This document shows, piece by piece, positions 41,980 to 55,946 of a stretch of 64,000 bases of DNA. This DNA comes from Octopus vulgaris. Its lineage: Eukaryota. Every line of letters begins with the position of its first letter. Position 1 is the first letter of the stretch. Where the stretch lies: the NCBI GenBank assembly GCA_951406725.2, contig OX597820.1, forward strand, positions 27,900,001 to 27,964,000. The letters are read 5' to 3'. A program made the translations under genes and the position numbers. The notes under the pieces are model-generated. The model saw only the letters and a program-made list of their open reading frames with translations. It was not told the DNA's origin and searched no databases.

Positions 41980-43045
41980 TCCACAGTTTCTTCCCTAACA
42001 CCACCTTCCAACTTGGTTCGTTCCCCTGTTCCCGCTCACGCTGCAGCATTTGCTCCTACCTCTCAAATACCACTACACAGGCATCCATCGTCGTTCCTAT
42101 CACATCACCGACTCCCTTACTTGCACTTTTAGCAACGTCATTTACTGCATTTCCTACTCATTCTGCCCTTCTCTATACATCTGTCAAATGGGACGCCGCT
42201 TGACTGATCGGTTCGCTGTGCACCTCCGAGACATCGGCAATGACACCCCAACCACGCGCCATATCCTTTCTACCGGTCATTCACTACAACACCTGTCTGT
42301 GTTCGGATTGTCTTTGCACAGGGGCCATCCGGACTCCTGCCTTTGCCGTGAACAGGAATTATTCTTCTTTCTCCGCTCCTTTGTGCCGCATGAGCTCAAC
42401 ACCCCTCCTCTCTTCGTCTGACACCCTCCTCTCCTATCTTCATCTGACACCTACTTCAACCCTTCACTCCTACCCACCTTCTCTCTTCAATGATACCCTC
42501 TCCAACCACACTACACCTACATATATCCCACCCTATCACCACCTCACACCACACTCCTACACCCTACTTCACACTGCAACACCTCTACTTCCACATTGCC
42601 ACACCACACACAAGTGCACCACAGCACACCACCTCACACCACTCCTCACGCACAAGCACTGACCAATTTCCAGCACCATACATCATCATCTGCACACCCA
42701 TACATCATTATCCGCATCCACCCCCACCCCGCATTCTCACATACACACACACAAGGCACGTGCATCTTAGTTTTGGAATCACCATGGTTTTGGAATCTTT
42801 CTCTCTCTACTGTCAAACTTTTTTCCCCAAACAGCCGCCATGCCTCAACGATAAATCAACAGGGTTTTTTAAAAATTCTCTCTCAGTTTATTTTCTCTTA
42901 TTCATTTCTGTTGAAGAGCACAGGCTCGAAACGTAAAAGACTTACTCACTTTCCCGACTTTCTCACTTTCCCAAACTAATAAACCTACTTGTTATTCATA
43001 CAACTGTCTTCGTCTTTTGGTTGTCTGTAAATTTCAACTATATAT
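41980..43045 (+). mobile_element. 5'-truncated Neptune-type PLE: Cys linker, GIY-YIG fragment, pLTR with HHR
   Basis: FPCSRSRCSIC; SLTCTFSNVIYCI...LYICQMGRRLTDRFAVHLRDI. HHR CTGTTGAAGAGCACAGGCTCGAAACGTA at 42908-42935. Ends in (TA)n. Confidence 0.85.
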
Positions 43046-43059
43046 ATATTATATGTATA

Positions 43060-43350
43060 TCGGTTGGCATCCTTTTTGTCTCGGGAGACAATGGAGTTGC
43101 GCCTAAAATAATATAGTCCGGCTTTTACATTCATGTCCTAATACATTTCCTGCTGTGGCTGTGTAGTCCTGTCCTGGGCAAACACTTCCTCTGGCAGGTG
43201 CCACAAATGTAGCGAAGACTTTGCCTGGCTGGTTGTCATGTCATAGTTTCTTGTTGACGTCTTTTGTTTTGCAAAAGGGACATGAAGGCCGGCAACATCA
43301 ATATTAGCAACTGGGAAGCAGTTGCCAGCAACCGTGGAGATTGGCGACCT
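43060..43350 (-). mobile_element. RTE-clade LINE 3' end with inverted 5' segment
   Basis: Minus 43060-43260 encodes YICGTCQRKCLPRTGLHSHSRKC plus tail; plus 43262-43350 encodes CKRDMKAGNINISNWEAVASNRGDWR. Confidence 0.8.
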
Positions 43351-44549
43351 ATATGTATATATATATATATAATTCTTCGAAGTTTTCCTTGTGTGTTGTT
43401 CTTCCATTTCGACACTCCGACGAGCGTTCATAACCTCGTTACCACTGTTATAACGACACCGTTATACAGTGGGGGATATCCTCATCCCCATTGCTATGTC
43501 CCGCATTATGACAACGTAACTCCGTCGTCTGTGTGACTAGACCGTACGGCGTACCTCGGCGACTGATACCCCTTGCTGCATCTGTCCATTATTTATTAGT
43601 AGTGGACCAGCCCACTTTCACTTGGGGCTATCTGCAACAACAATTTTCAATGTAATTATCTAATCTTCACCAACCGTTATACCAGTATCATTGTCCATAA
43701 AAAAAACGTTCAATTAATTATGTTTATGTCTTGTACATTTGGATTTTTCTTTCTCCATTATAATTTGTTCTATTAATATATCTCCTGTTACAATTTAAAA
43801 TTTTTAACGTTTGTGTTCATATCCACATATTTTTAAATGTATTTAGGTATTTAGTTTGTTACATAATTATAACTATTTCAAATGAGAAATTAAAGCACCA
43901 GCTACGAACTAACGTCGATTTAATCAACTAACACCTCTCCAAAATTTCAGAATTGTAGCTGTATTGAAGATAATTGTCAGTCCTAAGCCTATCATTTCTA
44001 CTGCTAAGTGCCACAGGTCATATCAATTATACGTGATCAAGTGATAGTTAATGATCAGCAAATATTTACATTAACGTCACGTTGGAAAGAAGGATCAGAA
44101 GAACAACTAATCAGATACCAATTATATCCTTAACTCTGAGCAATCATCTACGTTTATGATCCATAATAAATTGCGAGACACTGACATTTGTAGACAATCA
44201 CCAAGACAAATACACTTTATTATATTATCCTTATTCCATTCCATTTTATGTGATTATTCTACAAATTTTCTACTCTAAGATGCATTTACGAAAATCTAAG
44301 CACCCAGTTGCTATATTCATTCTTTAACATCAACCGACACTCACATCCCCAACCAATGTACGTTCGGCGGAAGTCGCTACATAAGATCTGTAGATATAAA
44401 CAGCTTTTACCTTACGAAATGCTCCAGCGAGTAGAACTTATGAATATCGACTTGCTAAGGTTTCAGCTTTAGATATAAAATATTCGAATGTCCTACGAAG
44501 TATTTTGGACACTTTGTATATAATTCTATTCGACAAAGTTATATATTTA

Positions 44550-44690
44550 GTTACATCAACCCCAGTACTCAACTCGTATTTATTTTATCGACCACGTAAG
44601 GATGAAAGGCAAAGTCGACCTCGGTGGAATTTGAACTCAGAGCATAAAGACGAGCAAAATGGCGCTAATCATTTTGCCCGTCAGAAGCAT
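44550..44690 (-). mobile_element. Decayed SINE family B fragment
   Basis: GATGAAAGGCAAAGTCGACCTCGGTGGAATTTGAACTCAG. Confidence 0.75.
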
Positions 44691-45370
44691 TGCCGCTTTG
44701 GACACAGTACATACCGACATCTATTCCACCACTTTACGTTTTGGGTTCAAGTTCCGATTCCGATTTTGCCTTTTATCTATTTCGGGGGCAATAAAAAAGT
44801 GGCATTTGAGCACTGGACCAATGTCAGCAACATCACCAATTTCGTCGGACTTGATAATCCTGTGCCAAAAATTAGAAACTATTCTTAATCTGTATTTCGG
44901 TTATTTGAGCATTTTGTGCAGCTTTTATACAAAGCAAACAGCATGTTTTTGTGCTGAGGATACGTAGACTATTTACTATAATTAGTAATCTATAATTAAT
45001 AATGTATATATAACCGTTTAAATACTTATACAAATCTATAGGTAGTTTCACTAGTGAAAGTAGCTCATGCCTGTATATTTCATTGAAATCTCATACCCAG
45101 AAACACGATAGGACTTGAAAGATATAAATAAATTATTTATTACACGTATATTTTTTCCCGTATGTAAGTTTGTATACGGTGTAGATATATAACACTATTT
45201 TAATTATCGGAATCCGAATTTTTAACATCATTTGCTTAGTATAGAAAATATTTTCGTTATAACAACGATATGTACATAGATACACATACACACATACACT
45301 CCACGAGAAAGATAGAAATGCACACAGAAATATTTATGCAAATACGTATATACCCATGTCTGTATACACA

Positions 45371-45425
<55 letters not shown>

Positions 45426-45739
45426 TTACACTATATATTTTATACATACACAAGGTAACGGAGATACACGTAGGCAAGTCCATATATCTCTATGATCATA
45501 TATCTGTATATGCTTGTGGCTATGCGAGTGTGTGTTTCAGTGTGTCTGTCTGTTTGTAGGTGTGTGATTAAATTTTCAGTTCTGTACGTTCCTCTGTGTA
45601 TTTTTCTGCGCATGTGTATCCAAATAAATCAACTTAAATTTTCATGATACTTATAAACACATAAATATTTACGCATCTGTCCACATACATGCATACATAA
45701 CTAACTACACACATAGACACGCATACACACACACACGTG

Positions 45740-45776
<37 letters not shown>

Positions 45777-46122
45777 ACACATAAAATTATTCGAGAATAA
45801 ACTGAAATGCCAGCTCAACAAAAATTTTATATATTTCAAATAAAATGCTAGTAGCGTCTGTGTTTTTTCTTTTAATATATTAATGAAACATGTTTTATAT
45901 ATATTTAAAATATATTTACAAGCTGGTCTAACTTTACGAATCTATGACAAACTAATCAGGCTGGCAATCCATCACCGAGTAATTCAATTTAGCGGCTAAT
46001 CAATCATTTTATCGATCCTTCTATATATTTAGCATTACTGGCTTGTATGTGCGTAATTTTAGGTATATATTTATGCATATATATGTATACGCATGCATGA
46101 ACACACACACACACTCGTATAC

Positions 46123-46178
<56 letters not shown>

Positions 46179-46251
46179 GTATAAAAATATACATAAATAT
46201 ATATATATACGAGTGTGTGTGTGTGTGCATGCTTGCGTATACATACATACT

Positions 46252-46287
<36 letters not shown>

Positions 46288-46333
46288 TATTCATGCATAC
46301 ATCATATATATGTATACATACCCACATAAGTGC

Positions 46334-46364
<31 letters not shown>

Positions 46365-46386
46365 AATATTTTTAAATATGTATATA

Positions 46387-46453
<67 letters not shown>

Positions 46454-46579
46454 GATGGTAATATTAAAGTTTCCAATTAATCTAATATCATCTCACACAC
46501 TCAGAAGTTGTAAAAGGAAATATCTGAGAAAATATTGGAAATTTAATACTGTTTCAGAGTTGACAGAGAGAGAAACAGC

Positions 46580-46627
<48 letters not shown>

Positions 46628-47139
46628 GAGGAGAGAGAGTAAGAGAGGGGAAAGATAGAATGGGCAGAGTGAGAGAGATCGACAGAGGACAGGCAGATAG
46701 GCAGAGGAATAATTTGGAAAAATTAGAAAGATCATAGGATATAAATGATAATGTGAAATATATAAAAACAAAAATGAGAACAGTAAGTGATTAATTAATG
46801 TTATTTCAGTTAGGTTGATAAGTACAATAGACTTTCTAATTTTGTGATAGACGCGAGTCTTTTATTAATTTGATATATTTGTGGAGAGTGCGGCACAGGT
46901 TTCGAACATTCCAAATTACTCTGTTTCTTTGGAGGAACAACACGAAACGTTGTATTTCTAATCCTTTTTTAATATCATCCACCTCACCTTAAAAACAATC
47001 ATACGTAAAATCTTCGAAATAAATATTAATAAATATTTTTATAAAATATAGAAATTATTTCTTTCTCACCTTAACTTCCTCCACTCTAACGCCATCAATT
47101 CACAAATATCCCCGTTCAGAAGCCAATAAAGAGGTCTCA

Positions 47140-47725
47140 TAGTCTATTAGTTGTTTCAGTCATTTGACTGTGGTATATGCTGGAGCACCGCCTTTTAGTC
47201 GAAGAAATCGACTTATTTTTTGTAAGCCTGGTGCTTATTCTATCGGTCTCTACTGACGAACCGGTTGTCATGCGATGGTTGTGGGGCATAGAGATACAAA
47301 AACACATATGAATACACACACACAGACACACACACATATATATATATATATGACGAGCTTCTTTCAGTTTCTTTTTTCTTATTTCTTTACTGCTCACAAG
47401 GGGCTAAACTTAGAGGGGACTTACAAGGACACACAAAGGGATTAAGTCGATTACATCGACACCAGTGCGTCACTGGTACTTAATTTATCGACCCCGAAGG
47501 GATGAAAGGCAAAGTTGACCTAGACGAAATTTGAACTCAGAACGTAATGACAGAGGAAATACCGCTAAGCATTTCGCCCAGTGTGCTAACGTTTCTGCCA
47601 GCTCACCGCCTTCTTTCAGTTTCTGTCTAACAAATCCACTCACAAGGTTTGCCTAAGGTGCCACGCAGCGGGACTGAACCTGGAATCATGTGTTTGGGAA
47701 GCAAGCTTCTTACCATACAGCCACA
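47140..47725 (-). mobile_element. SINE family A interrupted by nested SINE B (47373-47610)
   Basis: TSD TTCTTTCAGTTTCT at 47359-47372 and 47611-47624. Confidence 0.88.
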
Positions 47726-47754
47726 CAATGTTTTCATTTATTTAACATCAAAAA

Positions 47755-47890
47755 GTTGTTTAAATATAAACCTTCTGACTCAAACTACAAATCGCTTCCA
47801 ACATATACAATTAGAACTGTCCAATCATCCAAGCAATATCGCAAACAATCTAACTGAAAACATTACTTTACCTTTATCTAGCCTATCGCA
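47755..47890 (+). pseudogene. Small PLE RT-thumb fragment
   Basis: HIQLELSNHPSNIANNLTENITLPLSSLS resembles [28 protein letters not shown] of the 15765-17680 protein. Confidence 0.5.
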
Positions 47891-48212
47891 TTTCTCTCTC
47901 ATTATTTTCAAGTCTGCAGTGTCGACTAACAAATCTGATTCACCACTGATAACCGTCTCCCTCTTCTTTATACAATTCCATTCACTTCCCACTTTTAATC
48001 TCTCACCTTTTCTCATTTTCCTCTATTGCTATGCATCTTTCTTCAATTACCAACTCTCATATAACAATAACATTCAATACTTTCTGAAAAGTTTCTTAAA
48101 CACAATTTAAAATTTGAAATACAAATAACACCAATTATGATACTCCATTCAAAATATTGATTTTTTTTTTGTATTCTGTCTAGTCTATACCTATAGTTCA
48201 ATAAGTTCATTT

Positions 48213-48243
<31 letters not shown>

Positions 48244-48327
48244 ATACACACACACACATATATATATATAATAATATAAATAATATATAGATATATGCAT
48301 ATATACATATATGTACATAACTACATA

Positions 48328-48434
<107 letters not shown>

Positions 48435-48650
48435 TATATTGGTACAGGAAATCAAAAACAGGTTCAAAACAATGAGAAACGAAAGCATGAAATTAAAAAC
48501 AGATACAGACAGAAAAACATACACCAACCACGAATATGTAAATATGTATATATGTGTGTGCGTGAGTATGAGTGCGTGCGTGTGTGTTTGTGCTTGTATG
48601 CATATGTGTGTGTGTTCATATATTTGTGTGTATATATATATATATATATA

Positions 48651-49053
48651 TCATCATCATCATCATTTAGCGTCCGCTTTCCATGCTGGCATGGTTGGAC
48701 GGTGCAACTGGGGTCTGGGAAGCCAGAAGGCTGCACCAGGCCCAGTCTGATCTGGCAATGTTTCTACGGCTGGATGCCCCTCCTAACGCCAACCACTCCA
48801 TGAGTGTAGTGGGTTCTTTTTAAGTCGCACCGGCACAGGTGCCAGACGAGGCTGGCAAACCGCCACGATCGGATGCTGCTTTTTACGTGCCACCGGCACG
48901 GAGGCCAGGCGAGGCTGGCAAACGGCCACGATCGGATGGTTCTTTTTACGTGCCAGCGGCGAGGCTGGCAACGGCCACGATCGGATGGTTCTCTTATGTG
49001 CCACCGGCACTGGTATCGCAGCTACAATTTCCATTGATGTTGATCGATTTTGA
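48651..49053 (-). mobile_element. SINE-like element with (GAT)n tail and internal tandem repeats of about 50-60 bp
   Basis: Minus strand GGTTGGCGTTAGGAGGGGCATCCAGCCGTAGAAAC...CCATGCCAGCATGGAAAGCGGACGCTAAATGATGATG; three units of GAGGCTGGCAACGGCCACGATCGGATG at 48848-49010. Confidence 0.75.
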
Positions 49054-49098
49054 TCTGTATATATATATGTATATCTATGTATGTATATATATATATAT

Positions 49099-49640
<542 letters not shown>

Positions 49641-49689
49641 TGAATTGAAGAAATGGAGCTGAACGAAGATTGAACAGAAATCGTTTTAT

Positions 49690-49777
49690 TTCATTCTACA
49701 CGTGTTTCGAAAGGCACAATTTACCAAAATCCGATTGAATAATGAGACCATATTGTGTCTTTCTCTTCAGGAAGAAA
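49690..49777 (-). ncRNA. Type I hammerhead ribozyme motif (left arm)
   Basis: Reverse complement of 50521-50608. Confidence 0.8.
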
Positions 49778-50520
49778 TAGGAAATCCGTTGGAAAAAACA
49801 AAAACAGAACAGAGGCGGAGCAAAACAAATCGAACTAAGCTCCTAAGAGCCCATGGCAAAACTGTTTATCAGTGTATGTTGAGAACCGGTGGCTGAAGAA
49901 TTTAACGGGTCAGGCAGCGGTCAATCATGTGGGTGAGGGTGCGTAGATGTTCTTTGTGACCGAGAATAAAGTTCTGACTATTTAAGGAATATTGGATGTT
50001 TTATAAGGGGCGAGAAAAAAATCTACTTAGAGACATGTGTGTGTATACTGTTCTATATATGTGTGTGCTGGCGTAGGGGTAGAAAACATTTTTTGTGTAC
50101 GTGTGTGCGTTTGATCGCTCGGCTGTCAGTGGCTAAGCCGCTCTCCACAATGGCTACTGCAGTAAGAACCGTTGGGTGGCAGAAAAAAAATATATATTAT
50201 ATATTATGTTTTATGTGTGTGTGTGTTCGTCTGAGCCTGCCTTGTCAAAAAACCAAGCCCCGTTTATCTTACAGGAGTAATTCCCCTTGCAGTGGTTAAT
50301 CGTAAATATCTTAAAGGCTATTTCAGAATTTGTTACCAAGGGCTATGGGTGCCGGTATTATTTATAAACGCTATTTAAAAGCCAGATAAGTGTAACGCCG
50401 CCAATGGGGGCATCGAAAAGCCGACTGTAAAAGTCCGTTTACCATCCGGCCTCTGGCAAACAAAATATGGAAGAGTTCGGAGACACAAAGGTTGCACTGC
50501 CTTCTGCCTATTTCTTCCTA

Positions 50521-50608
50521 TTTCTTCCTGAAGAGAAAGACACAATATGGTCTCATTATTCAATCGGATTTTGGTAAATTGTGCCTTTCGAAACACGTGT
50601 AGAATGAA
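50521..50608 (+). ncRNA. Type I hammerhead ribozyme motif (right arm)
   Basis: TTC-CTGAAGA-GAAAGACACAAT...ATTGTGCCTTTC-GAAAC-ACGT-GTA-GAA: intact core, 12-bp stem II with one mismatch, palindromic stem III. Confidence 0.8.
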
Positions 50609-50819
50609 ATAAAACGATTTCTGTTCAATCTTCGTTCAGCTCCATTTCTTCAATTCACCAATAATATTTTAATTTCAATTATCCGCACCAACGCACGGTT
50701 GCAACACCATATGGTTGTACCTCCAACCGTGCTGTTTTCTGCTGTGATTTTTGCTACCAAGGTATCGGTTAAACTTTTGATTAATCTGCTACAAGATTAT
50801 TCATCTTTCTATTTCACAT

Positions 50820-50851
<32 letters not shown>

Positions 50852-50854
50852 TCA

Positions 50855-50898
<44 letters not shown>

Positions 50899-51534
50899 TA
50901 ACTGTATTAATCGCTAAAAAAATTTCAGTAAGTCTGGCTGTGCTGCCATGGTATGTGGTCACTGAGTGCTTAGTCCATCATATAAACCCAAGTTGTTGGT
51001 TTCGTATGATGCATAATTCATCGATTTGCATGGGTAGAGATGATAAATTGCATTTTAAGAAATAAAGAACACACAATCATTACAAACGCACTGACATATC
51101 ACTACATAGATATCATTGTACATACGATAGTGTCCTGTATTGTTTCTTGTTACTAAATTATTACTAAAATACCATTATAAGGTATCAGTAAATCTCATAA
51201 ATATACATCGTGTCTACAATTATATTATAGGGGAATTGGTGAGATGTTTACATGGTTAGCCGTTAGTTTGAAATGGGTTTTTTTCTGTGTTTTTAAGATT
51301 TTGAGCTTGCATAGTCTAGTTCAGTTTTTCAGCTCAGTATTTGGTCTATTGTGGTTATGGTTTTAGCGAAGTTCAAAGCAGCTAAAAGAATAGGTTTTGT
51401 TATTGACGTGTAATAATCTCCTAAGCGAAACCCTTTAGCATGAATATACTCTTTCAGACAGAACCATATCAAAGTAACAACAAATCCTGCCAAAAACTTT
51501 ACTAACGAATCCTTCCACATCTTCGCATTTAGGG

Positions 51535-51845
51535 CCCAAAGTCGACTTCGGCGGAATTTGAACTCAGAGCGCAAAGACGGAGAAATACTGCTAAGTTTCG
51601 TCTGGCGTGTTAACGATTCCTACAACATGCCGACTTACAGTTTATTAACATTGATTTTAAATTGAAGCACAAGGCCAGCAATTTCGAGAAATTGGGTAAG
51701 TCGATTACATCGACCCCAGAGCTCAGCTTTTATGGAAAGAATAGCGGACAAAATCAACCTAGGCGGAAACTGAACTCAGAACGTAAAGATGGACGAAATG
51801 TCACTAAGCGTACTGCTCGGTGCGTTAACGATTCTGCTGGATAAC
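51535..51845 (-). mobile_element. Two decayed SINE B/B' fragments
   Basis: GGCGGAATTTGAACTCAG motif occurs twice. Confidence 0.7.
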
Positions 51846-52174
51846 CGTTTATAGTGACTGAGCTAATTCTTTAGGAAAGTTTTGAACGATATGTTCATGC
51901 TTACGATACCACCTTGCTGTTTCTGTGTCTGGATATAACTTGTCAAAGAACACACAAACGTTACAAACGCACTGACATATTACTACATACAGTAGATATA
52001 GTTACAAGTTATATCCTACCACTCTGTTTTGCTTATTTTGTTGATATGCGCACCTATCCGTGTCAAGAATAGACGTAGGTTCTACTACTATCAGTTTTAT
52101 ATCTATACCACATTTTCTGAACTCCATGCAATATAGTGTTAAATATTTTAGCTCTTTGTGGCTTTACTGAATAG

Positions 52175-52506
52175 TAGGATGAATCTTTTTTGTGCAAAAC
52201 TGTTGCGTACATTCTCATTCTTTTTCACATTCTTTGAACATATCTCTGAAAACTAGTGAAGATGAAGCCGCCATAATACTATGTATGTATATATGTATGT
52301 ATATAGACGTATTAAAAATAAAATATCACAGGCATATATATATATTTGAGGGTATGAGAGGTATTGGTGTCAAGAAGATCCGAAGGTGTCACGTAATCCT
52401 GAATAAGTGCTATGGACCGACTATATTTAAGCTCCAGGTTCGATAATGATACGAATGATGAGTCCCACGTAGGTCGTGTATTAGCAGGCATCCTTACGTA
52501 TCTCAT
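52175..52506 (+). repeat. About 330-bp direct duplication, copy 1 (copy 2 at 54129-54459)
   Basis: Near-identical sequence; duplicated peptides in the ORF track. Confidence 0.92.
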
Positions 52507-52573
52507 GTCCGTTTTCATTCCCCCACTTCACTCTGCATTTCATATCTTCTATATAATAAGTATTACTCAAACA

Positions 52574-52620
52574 TTTTCTCTGATGAAGGGATATATAAAA
52601 CATCCCTGAAACAGCTTTTT
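52574..52620 (+). ncRNA. Hammerhead motif, cleavage site degenerate
   Basis: CTGATGA-AGGGAT-ATATAAAAC-ATCCCT-GAAAC-AGCT-TT. Confidence 0.6.
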
Positions 52621-53578
52621 TGATTACTTATTTTTAGTCGATTGTATATAACTTTTCTGCATATTTGTATTTTTATATGCATATATATTTTTTACCTTCT
52701 GTGTTTTTATATATGTATTCTTTTCATATGTTGAAGGCCATGGTAATATTTATATACGATCAAATGTATGCAGGTGTGGTGCTATATAATGTTGTTGACT
52801 AGAATTTGACGTTTTGTTCTCACACATACACACGCTCATGCAAATAAACACAGTGATAAACTGAGGCAATGTCAGCGCACTTCTTCATTCATATTTAAAA
52901 TATTGAACATTGATGTCTATCTACATTTAGATGTTTATTCATAAAAGCATTTACGTAGCATTTCCTTATATGTGTAACATTTTAATTTTCTTTCTGTTTA
53001 CAACATCGTTAATGGTAACCTTCAATAGCTTTCCTTTAGTACAAAACGATACCCATTGCTGTATATTGCTTAAGTAATCGGCAAATATTTAAGATCTACT
53101 TTACTTTAGGTTGGGTACGTTTTCCATGACACTTGTGTATATATTGATATACTCTCTAGCACACATCTGAATGCACATAACCAAACACATTTACTGAAAT
53201 TAAATTACAGAATACTCATGTACATACATATAGACAAACACTTCAGAGTTAATTAAGTACGTACAATCAAACTCTAACATGTAGCTGCATATATTCAACA
53301 ACAGAGCAAGCACATGAAAATATCTATAAATACTGAAATACAAATATAAGTAATAGTAGAAGATATAATGTTCAGTTTAAATTTTGAAGTAAAAGCAGTT
53401 CTAATAATGTAAACGTCCTGGATTACACATACTTAAAGAATATGTTTTTTGTACTTATTGGCTGTGAAATTTCCTTTTAAAACGTCGTATATCAAACACA
53501 CACACATACATACATACATACATACATACATACATACATACATGCATACATACATACATACATACATACATACATACA

Positions 53579-53613
<35 letters not shown>

Positions 53614-53614
53614 G

Positions 53615-53775
53615 TATAGTTGAAATTTACAGAAAAACAAAAGACAAAGACAGGTGTGTAAACAACAAACACGTGTATAAGTTTAACATTCGGGAAGGTG
53701 ATAAAGTCTTTTACGTTTTGAGCCTACGTTCTTCAACGGAAAGGAGCATGAGGAAATAAACAGAGAGAGAATAAA
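53615..53775 (-). mobile_element. Neptune-type PLE pLTR remnant with decayed minimal HHR
   Basis: Minus strand CCGTTGAAGAACGTAGGCTCAAAACGTAAAAGAC...GTAAATTTCAACTATA. Confidence 0.7.
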
Positions 53776-53825
53776 AATGCTTTAGTCAAACATGACGGCC
53801 TCTCTCTCTCTTTCTCTCTCTCTCT

Positions 53826-53923
<98 letters not shown>

Positions 53924-54063
53924 TATAAATATATATAAATATATATATATATACATATATATATATAAGTATATATATACACACACACATATATATAAAC
54001 TACTGTTTATATATACATACATACATATAATATTTATACATATACATATATATATATATATAC

Positions 54064-54116
<53 letters not shown>

Positions 54117-54128
54117 TATACATATATA

Positions 54129-54453
54129 TAGGATGAATCTTTTTTGTGCAAAACTGTTGCGTACATTCTCATTCTTTTTCACATTCTTTGAACATATCTC
54201 TGAAAACTAGTGAAGATGAAGCCGCCATAATACTATGTATGTATATATGTATGTATATAGACGTATTAAAAATAAAATATCACAGGCATATATATATATC
54301 GAGGGTATGAGAGGTATTGGTGTCAAGAAGATCCGAATGTGTCACGTAATCCTGAATAAGTGCTATGGACCGACTATATTTAAGCTCCAGGTTCGATAAT
54401 GATACGAATGATGAGTCCCACGTAGGTCGTGTATTAGCAGGCATCCTTACGTA

Positions 54454-54459
<6 letters not shown>
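54129..54459 (+). repeat. About 330-bp direct duplication, copy 2, bounded by (TA)n
   Basis: Matches 52175-52506. Confidence 0.92.
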
Positions 54460-54505
<46 letters not shown>

Positions 54506-55244
54506 GTATAAATATTATATGTATGTATGTATATATAAACAGTAGTTTGCAATGTTTCCCTACAGTGGAGAATTACAAATGTCACTAAATGCGACTAAGG
54601 TGTTAGGGAACACCTAGATTGCTAGAAGAGTGAAATCGCTCAAATGCTATAGTTAACGCTCATGAATAAAATATATATATATGCTAACCAGAACCATAAT
54701 CGTCCGGAATGTGCCGATCGTGAATTTGTAATAGTGACGCGTCGGTTTCGTCAATTTCCGTTGCTTTATCAGTTAAGACAGCTCGTCTTCGGCGCTTTCT
54801 GGACTCGCTTTGCCTTTAGTATTTATGTTTTCGTCATCAAAACAATTGGATGGTTTAGCGATTCCCTAATGTGTATATATAGAATTAATGTAAACAATAG
54901 GTTACTTGCTACGTTTGTTTTTGAATGTTGCGGGCGTTTCAAATGAAAGAAGGCACTCGGTTTAATGTGATAAATATTGCAGAAATAAATGTTTTGCGTT
55001 AAGTTTGGTTGACAAGCTTCGAGTATGCTTTTCAGACAGAAAGCGAAATAAGTTGATCCCGGATTATACGCATTCTGAACAAATTTGTTCATGGGATACC
55101 AGCTAAGCCACTGATACTTGGATACACCTGAGTATCCAATAAACGGGCGAAACTTTACCAAATTGATTCAAACAGGTCATATCGGGTGCTTTTATTAAGC
55201 TAGACATGCCCAGGACCAATTTTGGACTGAAACGTATCAAGGTT

Positions 55245-55305
<61 letters not shown>

Positions 55306-55362
55306 ATTATATGTATATATATATGTATATATATGTGGGGGGTGGGGTGGGGGTGTACATAT

Positions 55363-55681
55363 ATGGGTACAGGACGAAAACAAACATATTTGTTTTCGTT
55401 CGGTTTCCCTGTATCTCCACTGTCCTGTTTTTGTTTCTAACTTTGACCCTCCATAAATCCAAAATTTTATTCTGGTATTTATGGGAGCAACTGATCTGGA
55501 AAACTCATACTGTCGTTGATAGCTCGAAATGAGGAGTAGATAGACAACTGATGAAGGATCGTTCTTTGTATTCTTTGTATTACTTGCCTTGTTTTCCATT
55601 TTTCTTTCTCGATATTTGCGTACTTAACTCATTTGTTGTTGTATTTCATGTCGTTTACTGTAGGTGACGTCCTGTACCCAT
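55363..55681. mobile_element. Short element with inverted termini
   Basis: ATGGGTACAGGACG at left, CGTCCTGTACCCAT at right; internal CTGATGAAGG. Confidence 0.5.
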
Positions 55682-55701
55682 GTATGCATATATATATATT
55701 T

Positions 55702-55735
<34 letters not shown>

Positions 55736-55897
55736 TGTATGTATGTATGTTTGTATATATATTTATGTGTGTGTGTATATATCTATATGTTATATATATA
55801 CATACATATATGTATATATATGTAAATATATACAGACATATATGTATGTATACAGATATATATATACATATAGGTATACAGATATTTATATGTATGT

Positions 55898-55946
<49 letters not shown>

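Noticed and set aside
43405-43445. CCGACGAGCGTTCATAACCTCG as a hammerhead
   Set aside because: GAAA missing and core altered; too degenerate.
48848-49010. Repeated units resembling a CRISPR array
   Set aside because: Tandem repeats without unique spacers, inside a SINE-like element; eukaryotic context with no cas genes.
49702-50596. Twin ORFs starting MFRKAQFTK
   Set aside because: By-product of the inverted repeat, antisense to the ribozyme.
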